From Alysiella sp. (GTDB lineage: Bacteria; Pseudomonadota; Gammaproteobacteria; Burkholderiales; Neisseriaceae), in NCBI RefSeq assembly GCF_030525755.1, contig NZ_JAUNEC010000013.1, positions 1 through 32,000 of the forward strand: a stretch of DNA of 32,000 nucleotides, in the 5' to 3' direction. Under the pieces are notes generated by a model, which did no database searches, was not told the origin of the DNA, and saw nothing but the letters and a program-made list of their open reading frames with translations. Below, piece after piece: positions 15,150 through 25,219 of this stretch (the stretch's first letter is position 1; each line of letters begins with the position of its first letter). The position numbers and the translations under genes were made by a program.

Positions 15150-16811
15150 TCAGTCGCTACGCAATTCTCGGCGCAGGATTTTACCAACATTGGATTTGGG
15201 TAGTTCATCACGAAATTCGATATCGCGCGGTACTTTATAACCTGTAAGCTGGGTGCGACAAAACTCAATCAGTTCATCTTTGCTTAAACTGTGGTCTTTG
15301 GGAACAACAAACAATTTCAATGCTTCGCCTGTTTTATCACTTTTTACACCAATACAGGCAACTTCATGCACTTTGGGGTGGTGTGCCACCACATCTTCAA
15401 TTTCATTGGGATACACATTAAAACCCGATACCACAATCAAATCTTTTTTTCTGTCCACCAAGCGCAGCCAACCTTTTTCGTCCATTACGGCAATGTCGCC
15501 TGTTGCCAACCAACCGTCTTGGTCTATGACTTTGGCGGTTTCATCAGGACGTTGCCAATAGCCACGCATCACTTGCGGCCCGCGTATCCACAATTCACCT
15601 GCTTCCCCAACAGCTGCCAAACCGCCATTGGCATCACGCAACTGCACTTCTGTGCTCGGAATGGGCAAACCGATACCAGCTGAATAAGCACCGATATTTA
15701 AGGGATTGACACAAACGCCAGGGCTGGCTTCAGTTAAACCATAAGCTTCAATAATGGGGGTACCCGTTGTTTCAAACCAACGTTCAGCAACAGCTTGTTG
15801 TGTTGCCATACCACCACCTACCGTTAATTTTAATGTGGCAAAATTAAGCTGCCTGAATGCGGGTTTGTTCATTAAGCCATTAAATAAGGTATTTAAGCCA
15901 ATAAAAACGCTGAATGGGTGTTTATTTAATTCTTTAATGAACCCGTCTAAATCACGCGGATTAGCAATCAAAATGCTGGCCGCACCCACGTCTGTGAAAA
16001 CCAGTAAATTCACAGTCAACGCGAAAATGTGATAAAGCGGTAAAGCAGCAATCACGGTTTCACCACCCAAAACCAATTTATTTTTAATCCATTCTTCTGC
16101 TTGTAACATATTGGCGCAAATGTTGCCATGCGTGAGCATTGCACCTTTTGCCACGCCTGTTGTGCCACCTGTGTATTGCAAAAACGCCAAATCTTCACGT
16201 GTTAAATTGACTTCTTGAAAACGATGTTTTGCACCTTGCGTTAGAGCTTGTTTGAACGTGATGCTGCCTGAAATGCGGTAATGGGGAACGGCTTTTTTCA
16301 CATGACGCAGCACAAAGTTCATGATTGTGCCTTTTAATGCACCAAACATTTCACCCACACTAGCAACCACAACGTGTTGAACATCAGTTTTCGGCAACAC
16401 CAATTCCAAAGTATTGGCAAAATTTTCCAAAACCACAATCACTGTTGCGCCGCTGTCTTTCAGCTGATGTGCCAATTCGCGTGGCGTATAAAGTGGATTG
16501 GTGTTTACCACCACCATGCCTGCCTGCAAAATGCCAAATACCGCAATCGGATATTGCAATAAATTGGGCATCATAATGGCAACGCGTGAACCGCGTGGCA
16601 GTTGCAATACATTTTGTAGATAAGAGGCAAATTGTTGTGCCAAATCATGTGTTTCGGCGTAACTCAAATCCTTGCCCATGCTGTGAAAAGCCGTACGATT
16701 GTGGTATTTTTTTGCACTTTGGCAAAATACATCGTACACCGATTGATAGCGTGTGATGTCAATTTCATGCACCACACCATTTTCATAGCTGCTTAACCAA
16801 GGTTTTTCCAT
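15150..16811 (-). CDS. fadD: Long-chain-fatty-acid--CoA ligase
   Basis: 553 aa with the AMP-binding signature LQYTGGTTGVAKGAMLTHGN and a C-terminal GKILRREL block. Confidence 0.9.
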   Translation of the reverse strand: MEKPWLSSYENGVVHEIDITRYQSVYDVFCQSAKKYHNRTAFHSMGKDLSYAETHDLAQQFASYLQNVLQLPRGSRVAIMMPNLLQYPIAVFGILQAGMVVVNTNPLYTPRELAHQLKDSGATVIVVLENFANTLELVLPKTDVQHVVVASVGEMFGALKGTIMNFVLRHVKKAVPHYRISGSITFKQALTQGAKHRFQEVNLTREDLAFLQYTGGTTGVAKGAMLTHGNICANMLQAEEWIKNKLVLGGETVIAALPLYHIFALTVNLLVFTDVGAASILIANPRDLDGFIKELNKHPFSVFIGLNTLFNGLMNKPAFRQLNFATLKLTVGGGMATQQAVAERWFETTGTPIIEAYGLTEASPGVCVNPLNIGAYSAGIGLPIPSTEVQLRDANGGLAAVGEAGELWIRGPQVMRGYWQRPDETAKVIDQDGWLATGDIAVMDEKGWLRLVDRKKDLIVVSGFNVYPNEIEDVVAHHPKVHEVACIGVKSDKTGEALKLFVVPKDHSLSKDELIEFCRTQLTGYKVPRDIEFRDELPKSNVGKILRRELRSD

Positions 16812-16925
16812 GATGTTCCTTATTTTTGTATGCCAAGCATTTATTTAGGCTGCCTGAAAGCCATTGGCTTTAACAAAATTGGGGTAAATAATGTAACCAT
16901 TATAACGGAAAAATGAATGAAATAC

Positions 16926-16973
16926 GCTGCCTGAAAAGTTGTGTGTTTAAAGAAATCCCAACTTTCAGGCAGC
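16926..16973 (-). terminator. DUS-derived hairpin downstream of the glycosyltransferase gene
   Basis: GCTGCCTGAAAAGTT (16926-16940) pairs with AACTTTCAGGCAGC (16960-16973) with one bulged A. There is no strong T-run. Confidence 0.45.
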
Positions 16974-17002
16974 CTTTTATTAATATTCTCAATCCAATAT
17001 CA

Positions 17003-18010
17003 TCACTTTAATTTCCAATTCATCCATTTTTTAAATTGCCTTTTCAATCTGTTTTGCCATCGTTTATTTTTTCTGTTTATGTATTCTTGTTGTTGCATTC
17101 GTTGTTCATAAGCGTCCAATTCTGCTGTCAATAATGCCAAAGGAAATAAATCAAATTGTTGTTCCAAATAGGACATTGCTTCTTTCTGATAATCACGCGT
17201 GCGATTTAAACCAAAATAAGCCAAATCCACATCTGGCATCTGTGTTTCAAACAAAATGTTTTGTAAAGGTAACAAATGCAATTTCATTAAAAAAACAATG
17301 GTTTTAGGCAAATAAACGGAATGACGGTTTTGTTTTAGCTCATAATTACCTACACCAAAATCATTTTTCATGAATTTCAAATGATAGTATGCAAAGACAT
17401 TTTTTCGCTTATGACGCTTGCTCAAATCCAAGTGTTCGGTTTCGGTTGTTTTGATAAAAAAACTGTCTTCGTCTACCCTAAATAAACATAAATCACCATG
17501 TAATCCACAATATGGCGAGCTGGTAGAAACAAAAAGTTGCTTATGGTGATCGATTAAATTGATGCCCGATACAGGCAAAACATCATTGGGATAATTTTGG
17601 CTTAAATCCTGGTAATATTGTCTTAAAACAGGCACTTTTTCAGATGACAAAATCAAATCACCATCAATTTTAATCGCCCATTTTTTTGTAGTTTGATTTA
17701 AAGCAAAATTATAGTAATGCACCAAACTGTGCACATCATCGCTAGCCAATTTTTTATATTGTTCGCTGCCTTGCGGATAAACTATCGGAATGTAATGAAA
17801 AACTTTGATTTTTTCTGGAAATCGTTGTGCATATTTTGCAGCAATTTCGCCCGTATTGTCTTGGCAATTATTGTAAACAATTACCAATTCGTCCAATAAA
17901 GGCAACCAACTCTCAATAGATTGAGCAAGAAATTCGGCTTCATTGCGTAAACGCATAAAACCACTTAATCCATCTTGACGATTTTGTGCTTTTAATCGCG
18001 AAAAATCCAC
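17003..18010 (-). CDS. Glycosyltransferase family 2-like protein
   Basis: 335 aa. The N-terminal block MRLRNEAEFLAQSIESWLPLLDELVIVYNNCQDNTGEIA and a DGD (DxD-like) motif resemble GT-A fold enzymes. The track start is GTG, and the ATG at residue 19 is an alternative. Confidence 0.55.
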   Translation of the reverse strand: MDFSRLKAQNRQDGLSGFMRLRNEAEFLAQSIESWLPLLDELVIVYNNCQDNTGEIAAKYAQRFPEKIKVFHYIPIVYPQGSEQYKKLASDDVHSLVHYYNFALNQTTKKWAIKIDGDLILSSEKVPVLRQYYQDLSQNYPNDVLPVSGINLIDHHKQLFVSTSSPYCGLHGDLCLFRVDEDSFFIKTTETEHLDLSKRHKRKNVFAYYHLKFMKNDFGVGNYELKQNRHSVYLPKTIVFLMKLHLLPLQNILFETQMPDVDLAYFGLNRTRDYQKEAMSYLEQQFDLFPLALLTAELDAYEQRMQQQEYINRKNKRWQNRLKRQFKKWMNWKLK

Positions 18011-18173
18011 AAAAGGGTTTTCAAGATTGTTGATTGTTCACAATATTACACCTTTTAGTTTAAACACCATTATCTTAATCATTATAACATGAAATGAAAT
18101 TGAATATATATTTGATTTTTATTTATTTTTTATTTTAATTTATGCTAAAATCCACTTTTCATCATATCTGTCA

Positions 18174-19532
18174 ATGCCAATGAAACAAGCACTTGCTTTA
18201 TCCGTAGTAGGACACACCAACACGGGCAAAACGTCTTTAATGCGTACCTTATTGCGCGACAGCAATTTTGGCGAAGTCAAAAATGCAGCAGCCACCACGC
18301 GCCATGTAGAAGAAGCGGCAATCAGCGATGACGATGTACCTTTGGTTTTATTGTATGACACACCAGGTTTAGAAGACGCAGGTGGCGTTTTGGATTGGCT
18401 GGAAAACGAAACTTCTACCCAATTAGACGGCATTGAACGTTTGCAACAATTTCTGGTTTCCAATGCTGCCAAAAACGGCTTCTCCCAAGAAGCCAAAGTA
18501 TTGCGCCAAGTACTTAACAGCGACATGGCTTTATATGTTGTCGATGCACGCGAACCTGTGTTGCCCAAATACCGCGATGAATTAACCGTTTTATCTTGGT
18601 GTGCCAAGCCAATTGTGCCTGTATTCAATTTTACTGCCGAACAAGATTTAGGGGATTGGCAAACCATGTTGGCACGACGTGGTTTACATGTTTGGTGCAG
18701 TTTTGATACGGTAGCATTTGATTTTGAAAGCGAAATCCGTTTATGGAACAATTTGGCGACCATGCTGCCTGAAAGAAATGTATTGGACAAATTAGCCCAG
18801 ATTCGCCGCCGTGAATGGCAAAAATTGGACGAACAAGCCCGTTTGGCAATTGCCCATTTTTTATTAAACGTGGCAGCCTGTCGCAAAAGCTGTGATGCAG
18901 ATAAGGAAGAACAAATTATGCTTTTGCAACATCAAATGCAAAACGATGTACGCCAGCTGGAACACCAATTACATCAACAGCTTTTATCACTTTATCGCTT
19001 TTATCACAACGCCCTTGATGCCAGCGATTGGGCATTACAAGCCTTTTATCAAAGCCCATTTGACAGCGATTTACTCAAACAATACGGCATACGCACAGGC
19101 AAAGGCGCGGCAGCAGGCGCATTGATTGGTTTGGGTTTAGATGCACTTACATTAGGCACATCATTGGGTACAGCAAGTGCAATCGGTGGGCTTATTGGTG
19201 GCATCGTACCCAACTGGCAAACTTTATCCGACAAAATCAAAGGCATCGCCACTTTACATATTGATGCACCCACGCTCACCCTACTCGCCGCACGAAACTT
19301 GGATTTACTCGCTGCTTTACAAAAACGCGGTCATGCAGCACAAAATGAAATCACATTACACAGCAATCAAACGCCTTGGTCGGCAAACAGGCTGCCTGAA
19401 AGCCTCAATCAAGCACGTCATCAAGCCAAATGGTCGCAACTGAATGGCGAAAATCCAGTTGTTGCCGAACAAGCACGTCATGTAACTGCCAAAGAATTGG
19501 TCAAACACCTGCATCTACCACAATTTCAATAA
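18174..19532 (+). CDS. P-loop GTPase with a Gly-zipper C-terminal region (DUF3482-like, as recalled)
   Basis: 452 aa with G1 GHTNTGKTS and G3 YDTPGLED. The C-terminal half contains GKGAAAGALIGLGLDALTLGTSLGTASAIGGLIGGIVP. Confidence 0.7.
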   Translation: MPMKQALALSVVGHTNTGKTSLMRTLLRDSNFGEVKNAAATTRHVEEAAISDDDVPLVLLYDTPGLEDAGGVLDWLENETSTQLDGIERLQQFLVSNAAKNGFSQEAKVLRQVLNSDMALYVVDAREPVLPKYRDELTVLSWCAKPIVPVFNFTAEQDLGDWQTMLARRGLHVWCSFDTVAFDFESEIRLWNNLATMLPERNVLDKLAQIRRREWQKLDEQARLAIAHFLLNVAACRKSCDADKEEQIMLLQHQMQNDVRQLEHQLHQQLLSLYRFYHNALDASDWALQAFYQSPFDSDLLKQYGIRTGKGAAAGALIGLGLDALTLGTSLGTASAIGGLIGGIVPNWQTLSDKIKGIATLHIDAPTLTLLAARNLDLLAALQKRGHAAQNEITLHSNQTPWSANRLPESLNQARHQAKWSQLNGENPVVAEQARHVTAKELVKHLHLPQFQ

Positions 19533-19534
19533 AA

Positions 19535-19558
19535 GGCTGCTTTCAGGCAGCCATTTTC
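19535..19558 (+). terminator. Short hairpin plus T-rich tail after the GTPase gene
   Basis: GGCTGC tttcag GCAGCC followed by ATTTTCTA. It overlaps a DUS-like TTCAGGCAGCC. Confidence 0.45.
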
Positions 19559-19620
19559 TACAAAAAGTCTAAAAAAACATCAAAATCATCTCTTATTTTT
19601 CTTTATATTTAAAAATTAAT

Positions 19621-19648
19621 TTGCCATTTTGTCCAAAATCCGTATAAT
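19621..19648 (+). promoter_or_regulatory. Sigma70-like promoter upstream of the leuA region
   Basis: TTGCCA (19621-19626), a 16-nt spacer, then TATAAT (19643-19648). It lies about 35 nt upstream of the ATG at 19684, which has an AGGAA Shine-Dalgarno at 19675-19679. Confidence 0.5.
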
Positions 19649-19683
19649 CCCGTCCAATACAACGAAATTTAGACAGGAATATC

Positions 19684-19923
19684 ATGCAATTGGACATAGA
19701 CCGCCTGATTGACCATTTTGGTGGCGTGAATGCACTCGCCGAAGCCCTCAAACAACACGACCCCAACAACGCCCCCAGCACCGCCGCCATTTACAAATGG
19801 CGCACGCGCGGCTCTTTGCCCTTGGCGCAACTGAACAAATTGACCGAACTGGCACAAAGTCAAGGCAAAACATTGGATTTAAACCATTTTATTCAACCCC
19901 AAAACGAATCGGAACACCCCATT
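19684..19923 (+). other. 80-codon HTH-like ORF in frame with, and not separated by a stop from, leuA
   Basis: [61 protein letters not shown] resembles Cro/YdaS-type helix-turn-helix proteins. It has a good SD and promoter and continues directly into [19 protein letters not shown]. Confidence 0.45.
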
Positions 19924-21465
19924 ATGAACACAAACAACCGCGTCATCATTTTTGACACCACCCTGCGCGATGGCGAGCAATCCCCTGGTGCCGCCATGAG
20001 CAAAGAAGAAAAAGTCCGCATTGCCCGCCAACTGGAAAAAATGGGCGTGGACGTGATTGAAGCAGGCTTTGCCGCCGCCAGCGAAGGCGATTGGGCTGCG
20101 GTAAACGAAATTGCCAAAACCGTTAAAAATTCAACCATTTGCTCTTTGAGCCGCGCGGTGGAACGCGACATTCGCCGTGCTGGGGAAGCCCTTGCCCCTG
20201 CCGAAAAACGCCGCATTCACACTTTCATCGCCACCAGCCCCATTCACATGGAACACAAACTCAAAATGCAGCCTGAACAAGTGATTCAGGCAGCCGTGAA
20301 AGCCGTGAAAATCGCCAAAGAATACACCGATGATGTGGAATTTTCTTGCGAAGACGCGCTGCGTTCAGAAGTCGGCTTTTTGGCGCAAATTTGTGGCGCG
20401 GTCATTGAAGCTGGCGCAACCACCATCAATTTGCCCGACACAGTGGGCTATTCGGTGCCACATTTAACCGAAAAATTCTTCCGCGATGTGATTGCACAAA
20501 CGCCAAACAGCGACAAAGTGATTTGGTCCACCCATTGCCACAATGATTTGGGCTTGGCGGTTGCCAATTCTTTGGCGGCATTGCAAGGCGGTGCGCGTCA
20601 AATTGAATGTACCGTCAATGGCTTGGGCGAACGCGCGGGCAATGCGGCGATTGAAGAAATCGTGATGGCTTTGAAAGTGCGCCACGATGTGTTTGGCTAT
20701 GAAACAGGCATTGATGCCACACAAATCGTTACCGCGTCCAAACTGGTTTCCACCGTAACGGGCTACCCTGTTCAGCCCAACAAAGCGGTGGTGGGCGCAA
20801 ACGCGTTCTCACACGAAAGCGGCATTCATCAAGATGGCGTGTTGAAACACCGTGAAACTTATGAGATTATGTCTGCCGAATCAGTGGGTTGGGCGGCAAA
20901 CCGTTTGACTTTGGGCAAATTATCGGGTCGCAATGCCTTCAAAACCAAGCTGGCTGAACTGGGCATTGAATTGGACAGCGAAGAAGCCTTAAATGCCGCC
21001 TTTGCGCGTTTCAAAGAATTGGCAGACAAAAAACGCGAAATTTTTGATGAAGATTTGCACGCGCTGGTGTCGGACGAAATGTCCAATTTGTCGGAAACCT
21101 ACAAATTTGTGTCGCAACACATTGTTACGGAAACGGGCGAGTCGCCACGCGCGGAAATCGTGTTCAGCATAGATGGCGTGGAACACCGTGCCGAATCAAC
21201 GGGTTCGGGCCCTGTGGACGCGATTTTTAAAGCGATTGAAAGCGTGGCGCAATCGGGCGCGATTTTGGAAATTTATTCGGTAAACGCCGTTACCAAAGGC
21301 ACGGAAAGCCAAGGCGAAACCAGCGTGCGTTTGGCAAAAGACGGTCGCGTGGTAAACGGTCAGGGCGCGGATACCGATGTGTTGGTGGCAACCAGCAAGG
21401 CGTATTTGTCAGCATTGTCCAAGCTGGCAAGCGGTGTGGACAAAATTAAGGCTCAAGGCATTTAA
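19924..21465 (+). CDS. leuA: 2-isopropylmalate synthase
   Basis: The 513-aa core starts at [22 protein letters not shown] and includes [16 protein letters not shown] and a C-terminal LeuA regulatory domain. The track ORF starts 240 nt earlier, at 19684. Confidence 0.92.
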   Translation: MNTNNRVIIFDTTLRDGEQSPGAAMSKEEKVRIARQLEKMGVDVIEAGFAAASEGDWAAVNEIAKTVKNSTICSLSRAVERDIRRAGEALAPAEKRRIHTFIATSPIHMEHKLKMQPEQVIQAAVKAVKIAKEYTDDVEFSCEDALRSEVGFLAQICGAVIEAGATTINLPDTVGYSVPHLTEKFFRDVIAQTPNSDKVIWSTHCHNDLGLAVANSLAALQGGARQIECTVNGLGERAGNAAIEEIVMALKVRHDVFGYETGIDATQIVTASKLVSTVTGYPVQPNKAVVGANAFSHESGIHQDGVLKHRETYEIMSAESVGWAANRLTLGKLSGRNAFKTKLAELGIELDSEEALNAAFARFKELADKKREIFDEDLHALVSDEMSNLSETYKFVSQHIVTETGESPRAEIVFSIDGVEHRAESTGSGPVDAIFKAIESVAQSGAILEIYSVNAVTKGTESQGETSVRLAKDGRVVNGQGADTDVLVATSKAYLSALSKLASGVDKIKAQGI

Positions 21466-21496
21466 TTCATCTGATTTTTGCTGCAATGTGGTTCAG

Positions 21497-21528
21497 GCTG
21501 CCTGAAAATGTTTTCAGGCAGCTTTTTG
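21497..21528 (+). terminator. Rho-independent terminator built from an inverted DUS pair (leuA)
   Basis: GCTGCCTGAAAA tg TTTTCAGGCAGC forms a 12-bp perfect stem and is followed by TTTTTG. Confidence 0.8.
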
Positions 21529-21566
21529 CATAAAAATAAGGTAAATGTGATTTTTGTCTTGATATA

Positions 21567-21655
21567 ATCGCAGAAGCGAAAAAACAATACAAGGCAACCA
21601 TAAGAGCTGTGTATAAAGAATAGTACATAAAGACATGGACAAGGTCGTAAGGGCT
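21567..21655. repeat. MITE-like element, degenerate copy c (left arm only)
   Basis: ATCGCAGAAGCGAAAAAACAATACAAGGCAACCATAAG aligns with the left arm of copy a. The right arm is not recognisable. Confidence 0.4.
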
Positions 21656-21751
21656 ATTAAGCTCTCCTATCATCAATTCATGATTATCGGCATACAAAAA
21701 ACTGGCATTTACTCTCCATAAGTATTAGAATAGAGACTGTAATCTAAATCA

Positions 21752-21778
21752 AGCCGTTTCAGGCTGCCTGAAACGGCT
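21752..21778. repeat. 27-bp perfect palindrome centred on a DUS
   Basis: AGCCGTTTCAGGC T GCCTGAAACGGCT, with 13-bp arms. Confidence 0.9.
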
Positions 21779-22019
21779 GATTTATTTCAAATCATCAGGT
21801 ATGGTTAAAACACTTTAAATAAGCAAAATTGGGATAACAATCTTGAACATACCATAAAAATAAACAATTTGTGTAGTGTGAATGCAGGCACCACCATTTT
21901 CAGACAACCTGAAAATAAATAAATGGGCGTAGCAACGGTAGGTATTTTGTACTCCCCCTACAACTAAAATTGTTTAAAACCAACTTCAAACAACAGAAAA
22001 CCTTAATCTTGGAGAAATC

Positions 22020-23417
22020 ATGCGTCCTACATTTGCTTTAAAAACCGCCGCATTGGCTGCGTCCATATTATTTACCCAACAAGCTGTGGCTTCGGGCTAC
22101 AGTTTTGGTACACAAGCGGTTACTTCACAAAGCACCGCTAATGCTGCCGCAGCCGAAGCTTCTGATGCTTCTGTGCTGTTTTACAATGCAGCAGGCTTGG
22201 CAGAATTAGACAGCCACCAAATTTCAGGTAACCTGAATTTGGTCATGCCCACCATCAAATACAGCGATGCCCAAGCCAAACATTTACGCATAGGCTCCGC
22301 CGTTCAAGGTAGCACCAGCGGTAAAATTACCGAAAATGTATTAGCCCCACATCTTTATGGTGCTTACAAACTCAATGAGCAAATCACATTGGGCTTGGGT
22401 ATGTATGTGCCATTTGGTTCTTCCAGCGAATACAAAAAAGATTCTGTACTGCGTTACAACATGAATCAATTAGGCATAAAAACCATTGCCATTGAACCTG
22501 CTGTGGCATTCAAAATCAATGAGCAGCATGCCATTGGTGCAGGTATTGTAGCGCAACATACTTCTGCTGAATTGCGTAAATTTGCCGATTGGGGTTTAGG
22601 CTTGCCTGCTGTTTTGGGTGGCCCTAAACCTGGTGGTTTAGACGGTTATGCTGATGTAAAAGGCGATGATTGGGGCTTTGGCTATCATTTGTCTTATTTG
22701 TTTAAAGGTGAAAACGACCGTTTCCGCGTAGGTGTGAACTACCGCTCCAAAGTGGAGCACAATCTGAAAGGCGATGCACAATGGAAAGTTGCCAATCCAA
22801 CAGCAGCCAATATGGCAATTTACAATGCAGCCATTGGTAAAACTGTTGCAGCTGGTGGCAATGGTTACATTCCCAAAGAAGATGCATCGGTAAAAATCAT
22901 TACACCTGAATCTTTATCGGTACACGGTATGTTCCGCGCCAACGACAAAATCAATGTTTTTGGCGATGTAACATGGACACGTCATAGCCGTTTCAACAAA
23001 GCCATTTTGAATTTTGCAAACGAGAAAAACATAGGCAATGGCAAGAAAGCCAATACCACCACCATTACCCCAAATTGGCGCGATACGGTAAAAGTGTCAT
23101 TGGGTGCATCTTACCAACTTGATGAAAAATGGCAACTGCGTGGCGGCATGGCGTTTGACCAAAGTCCCGTTCGCAGCGCAAAAGACCGTTTGGTTAGTTT
23201 ACCCGATGGTAATCGCGTTTGGTTCTCCGCTGGCGTGAAATACACACCAAACAAAAACCATGTCTTTGATTTGGCATACACCCACATTCACATTCAAGAT
23301 ACCACCACCCAAACTGCAGCAGCAACAGGTACCGATGTGGACAGCAAAGGGGCATCTTCTGCCAAATTCAAAAACCATGCCAATATTTTGGGTTTACAGT
23401 ACACCTATAAATTCTAA
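22020..23417 (+). CDS. fadL: Outer-membrane long-chain fatty acid transporter (FadL/OmpP1/TodX family)
   Basis: 465 aa with a signal peptide (AASILFTQQAVASG), alternating beta-strand-like sequence and an aromatic C-terminus (LQYTYKF). Confidence 0.85.
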   Translation: MRPTFALKTAALAASILFTQQAVASGYSFGTQAVTSQSTANAAAAEASDASVLFYNAAGLAELDSHQISGNLNLVMPTIKYSDAQAKHLRIGSAVQGSTSGKITENVLAPHLYGAYKLNEQITLGLGMYVPFGSSSEYKKDSVLRYNMNQLGIKTIAIEPAVAFKINEQHAIGAGIVAQHTSAELRKFADWGLGLPAVLGGPKPGGLDGYADVKGDDWGFGYHLSYLFKGENDRFRVGVNYRSKVEHNLKGDAQWKVANPTAANMAIYNAAIGKTVAAGGNGYIPKEDASVKIITPESLSVHGMFRANDKINVFGDVTWTRHSRFNKAILNFANEKNIGNGKKANTTTITPNWRDTVKVSLGASYQLDEKWQLRGGMAFDQSPVRSAKDRLVSLPDGNRVWFSAGVKYTPNKNHVFDLAYTHIHIQDTTTQTAAATGTDVDSKGASSAKFKNHANILGLQYTYKF

Positions 23418-23437
23418 AATAGCTATCAAACCATAAG

Positions 23438-23477
23438 AAGGCTGCCTGAAAACCATTCTGTGTTTTCAGGCAGCCTT
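23438..23477 (+). terminator. Inverted DUS pair hairpin (fadL terminator)
   Basis: AAGGCTGCCTGAAAAC (23438-23453) pairs with GTTTTCAGGCAGCCTT (23462-23477) around an 8-nt loop. It starts 21 nt after the stop. Confidence 0.7.
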
Positions 23478-23524
23478 TATACACAACATTTTGCAGTCGC
23501 CCCAAAACAAAACATTTTTAAGTT

Positions 23525-23629
23525 GTGTCAAATTAAAATAGGACAAGGCGACAACGCCTACTGTGCACAGCCATACCAGTACATGAGGGCATTGACAACA
23601 CCGCAGTACTACTTTTTCAATTTTGTGAC
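23525..23629. repeat. MITE-like element, degenerate copy d
   Basis: ACAAGGCGACAACGCC and GGGCATTGACAACACCGCAGTACTACTTTTTCAATTTTGTGAC align with the arms of copy b. Confidence 0.5.
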
Positions 23630-23683
23630 CATAACAGCATATTTTCATTTTTTCGTGTACTACAAGGAACTTAAAAATAAAAA

Positions 23684-23709
23684 GGCGGATAACAAAATCC
23701 GCCCTTTTA
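23684..23709 (-). terminator. gltS terminator hairpin
   Basis: GGCGGAT aacaaa ATCCGCC. On the minus strand it is followed by a T-run (TTTTTATTTTT). Confidence 0.7.
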
Positions 23710-23725
23710 ACATTAAATCAGTAAT

Positions 23726-24949
23726 TTAACCCAACATCTTCATCATCGCATCCAAAATAGCCAAGTTCACAACATCAATGAAGAACGCGCCCACCAATGG
23801 CACAATCAAAAATGCTTTGTGCGATGAACCGAAGGTGTTGGTAATGGATTGCATGTTTGCCACCGCAGTTGGGGTTGCACCCATACCGAAACCGCAATGA
23901 CCTGCCGCCAGCACCGCCGCGTCATAATCGCCACCCATGAATTTGGCGGTAACGAAATAAGCATACAAAATCATCACCACGGTTTGCACGCCCAAGATGA
24001 TTATCATCGGACCTGCCAAATCTGCCAGTTGCCACAATTTCAAGCTCATCAACGCCATCGCCAAAAACAGGCTCAATGATGCGTTGCCAAACACGTCAAT
24101 CGCGCGGTCAAACATATCAAATTTGAACACGGTGGTTAAAACATTGCGCAACACCACGCCACAACCAATCGCCCACACAAATTGGGGCAATTTCAAATCG
24201 GGCAAGGCTTTAACCATAAACGATGAAAAAGCCAAGCAAGCCGCAAACAATGCCATGGTTTCAATGGCAGAAGTAGCGGTAATCAAGCGTTGATGACCTG
24301 CATTTTCAAAGGTTTTGTCATCATAACTTTTAGCGTTGTCGCTGTTGTCTACTGGGGTTTCAAGTGGCTTACGCCCCATTTTATTGACCAAACGGCGTGC
24401 CACTGGACCCCCAATCAAACCGCCTGCCACCAAACCATAAGTGGCGGAAACCATTGCAATTTCCACCGCGCTGGGCACTTTGTAGGTTTCGGTTAAAATT
24501 TTGCCATAAGCCGCGCCTGTACCGTGTCCGCCTGTGAGTGTGATTGAACCAGTAATCAAGCCCATAAGTGGGTGCTGACCCAAAGCGGTTGCCAAACCCA
24601 CGCCCACCGCATTTTGAATGATGATGAACACGCTAACGATGATTAAGAAAATCACCAAAGGTATGCCACCTTGTTTCAAGCGCGAAAAATCGGCAGACAA
24701 ACCAATGGACGCAAAGAAAATCATCATAAATGCACTTTGCAAAGACGCTTCAAAAGTAAAGCTGATGCCTTGTGTGTACAAAATGGACATGACAATGGCG
24801 GCAATCAAACCGCCTGCCACAGGCTCGGGAATGTTGAAATCGCGTAAAAATTTGATTTTGGCAACGAGTACACGACCTACCAACAACACAATGGTTGCCC
24901 AAATTAAGGTGTAATAACCATTTAAAACAATAGGCTCTGCTGCTTGCAT
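23726..24949 (-). CDS. gltS: Sodium/glutamate symporter
   Basis: 407 aa and polytopic. The N-terminus (LNGYYTLIWATIVLLVGRVLVAKIKFLRDFNIPEPVAGGLI) is typical of the GltS family. Confidence 0.85.
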   Translation of the reverse strand: MQAAEPIVLNGYYTLIWATIVLLVGRVLVAKIKFLRDFNIPEPVAGGLIAAIVMSILYTQGISFTFEASLQSAFMMIFFASIGLSADFSRLKQGGIPLVIFLIIVSVFIIIQNAVGVGLATALGQHPLMGLITGSITLTGGHGTGAAYGKILTETYKVPSAVEIAMVSATYGLVAGGLIGGPVARRLVNKMGRKPLETPVDNSDNAKSYDDKTFENAGHQRLITATSAIETMALFAACLAFSSFMVKALPDLKLPQFVWAIGCGVVLRNVLTTVFKFDMFDRAIDVFGNASLSLFLAMALMSLKLWQLADLAGPMIIILGVQTVVMILYAYFVTAKFMGGDYDAAVLAAGHCGFGMGATPTAVANMQSITNTFGSSHKAFLIVPLVGAFFIDVVNLAILDAMMKMLG

Positions 24950-24983
24950 AAATGTATCCTTGAAAAGAGGTTAAACAATGTTT

Positions 24984-24998
24984 TTCAGGCTGCCTGAA
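24984..24998. repeat. DNA uptake sequence TTCAGGCTGCCTGAA (intergenic)
   Basis: Exact 15-mer. Its inverted partner is at 25076-25090. Confidence 0.8.
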
Positions 24999-25075
24999 AA
25001 AGGCAAGCATAATAGGTTAAATGTTAAAATTTGTCAAAATACCTTAAATTCTCTATTTTTATGCCAAAAAAATGT

Positions 25076-25090
25076 TTCAGGCAGCCTGAA
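25076..25090. repeat. DNA uptake sequence TTCAGGCAGCCTGAA (intergenic)
   Basis: Exact 15-mer. Confidence 0.8.
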
Positions 25091-25219
25091 AAATATTTTG
25101 TCACGTGGCTGTTTCTTTACATAAATTTGCGTTACAATCGCGCCCCTTTATCAACAAAATGGCAAATTTTTTTGGATAGTTTGCCGACTTTTTTACACAT
25201 TTTTTAAGGATACCCAAAA

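Noticed and set aside
18140-18886. 248-aa ORF on the minus strand
   Set aside because: It is entirely antisense to the well-supported P-loop GTPase gene. Its composition is Ser/Arg/Lys-rich and low in complexity, with no start context. It is most likely a shadow ORF.
21467-21697. 76-aa minus-strand ORF downstream of leuA
   Set aside because: It lies across the leuA terminator hairpin and the degenerate MITE-like copy c, and it has no RBS. The ORFs at 26605-26835, 23460-23729, 4678-4893 and 5703-5912 are rejected on the same kind of ground: they span repeats or intergenic DNA, or lie antisense to a supported gene.
25000-25219. Purine riboswitch or other leader upstream of the nucleobase permease
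   Set aside because: I looked for the conserved purine-riboswitch loop and junction sequences and for a three-way junction and found none. I saw only two DUS and AT-rich promoter-like sequence.
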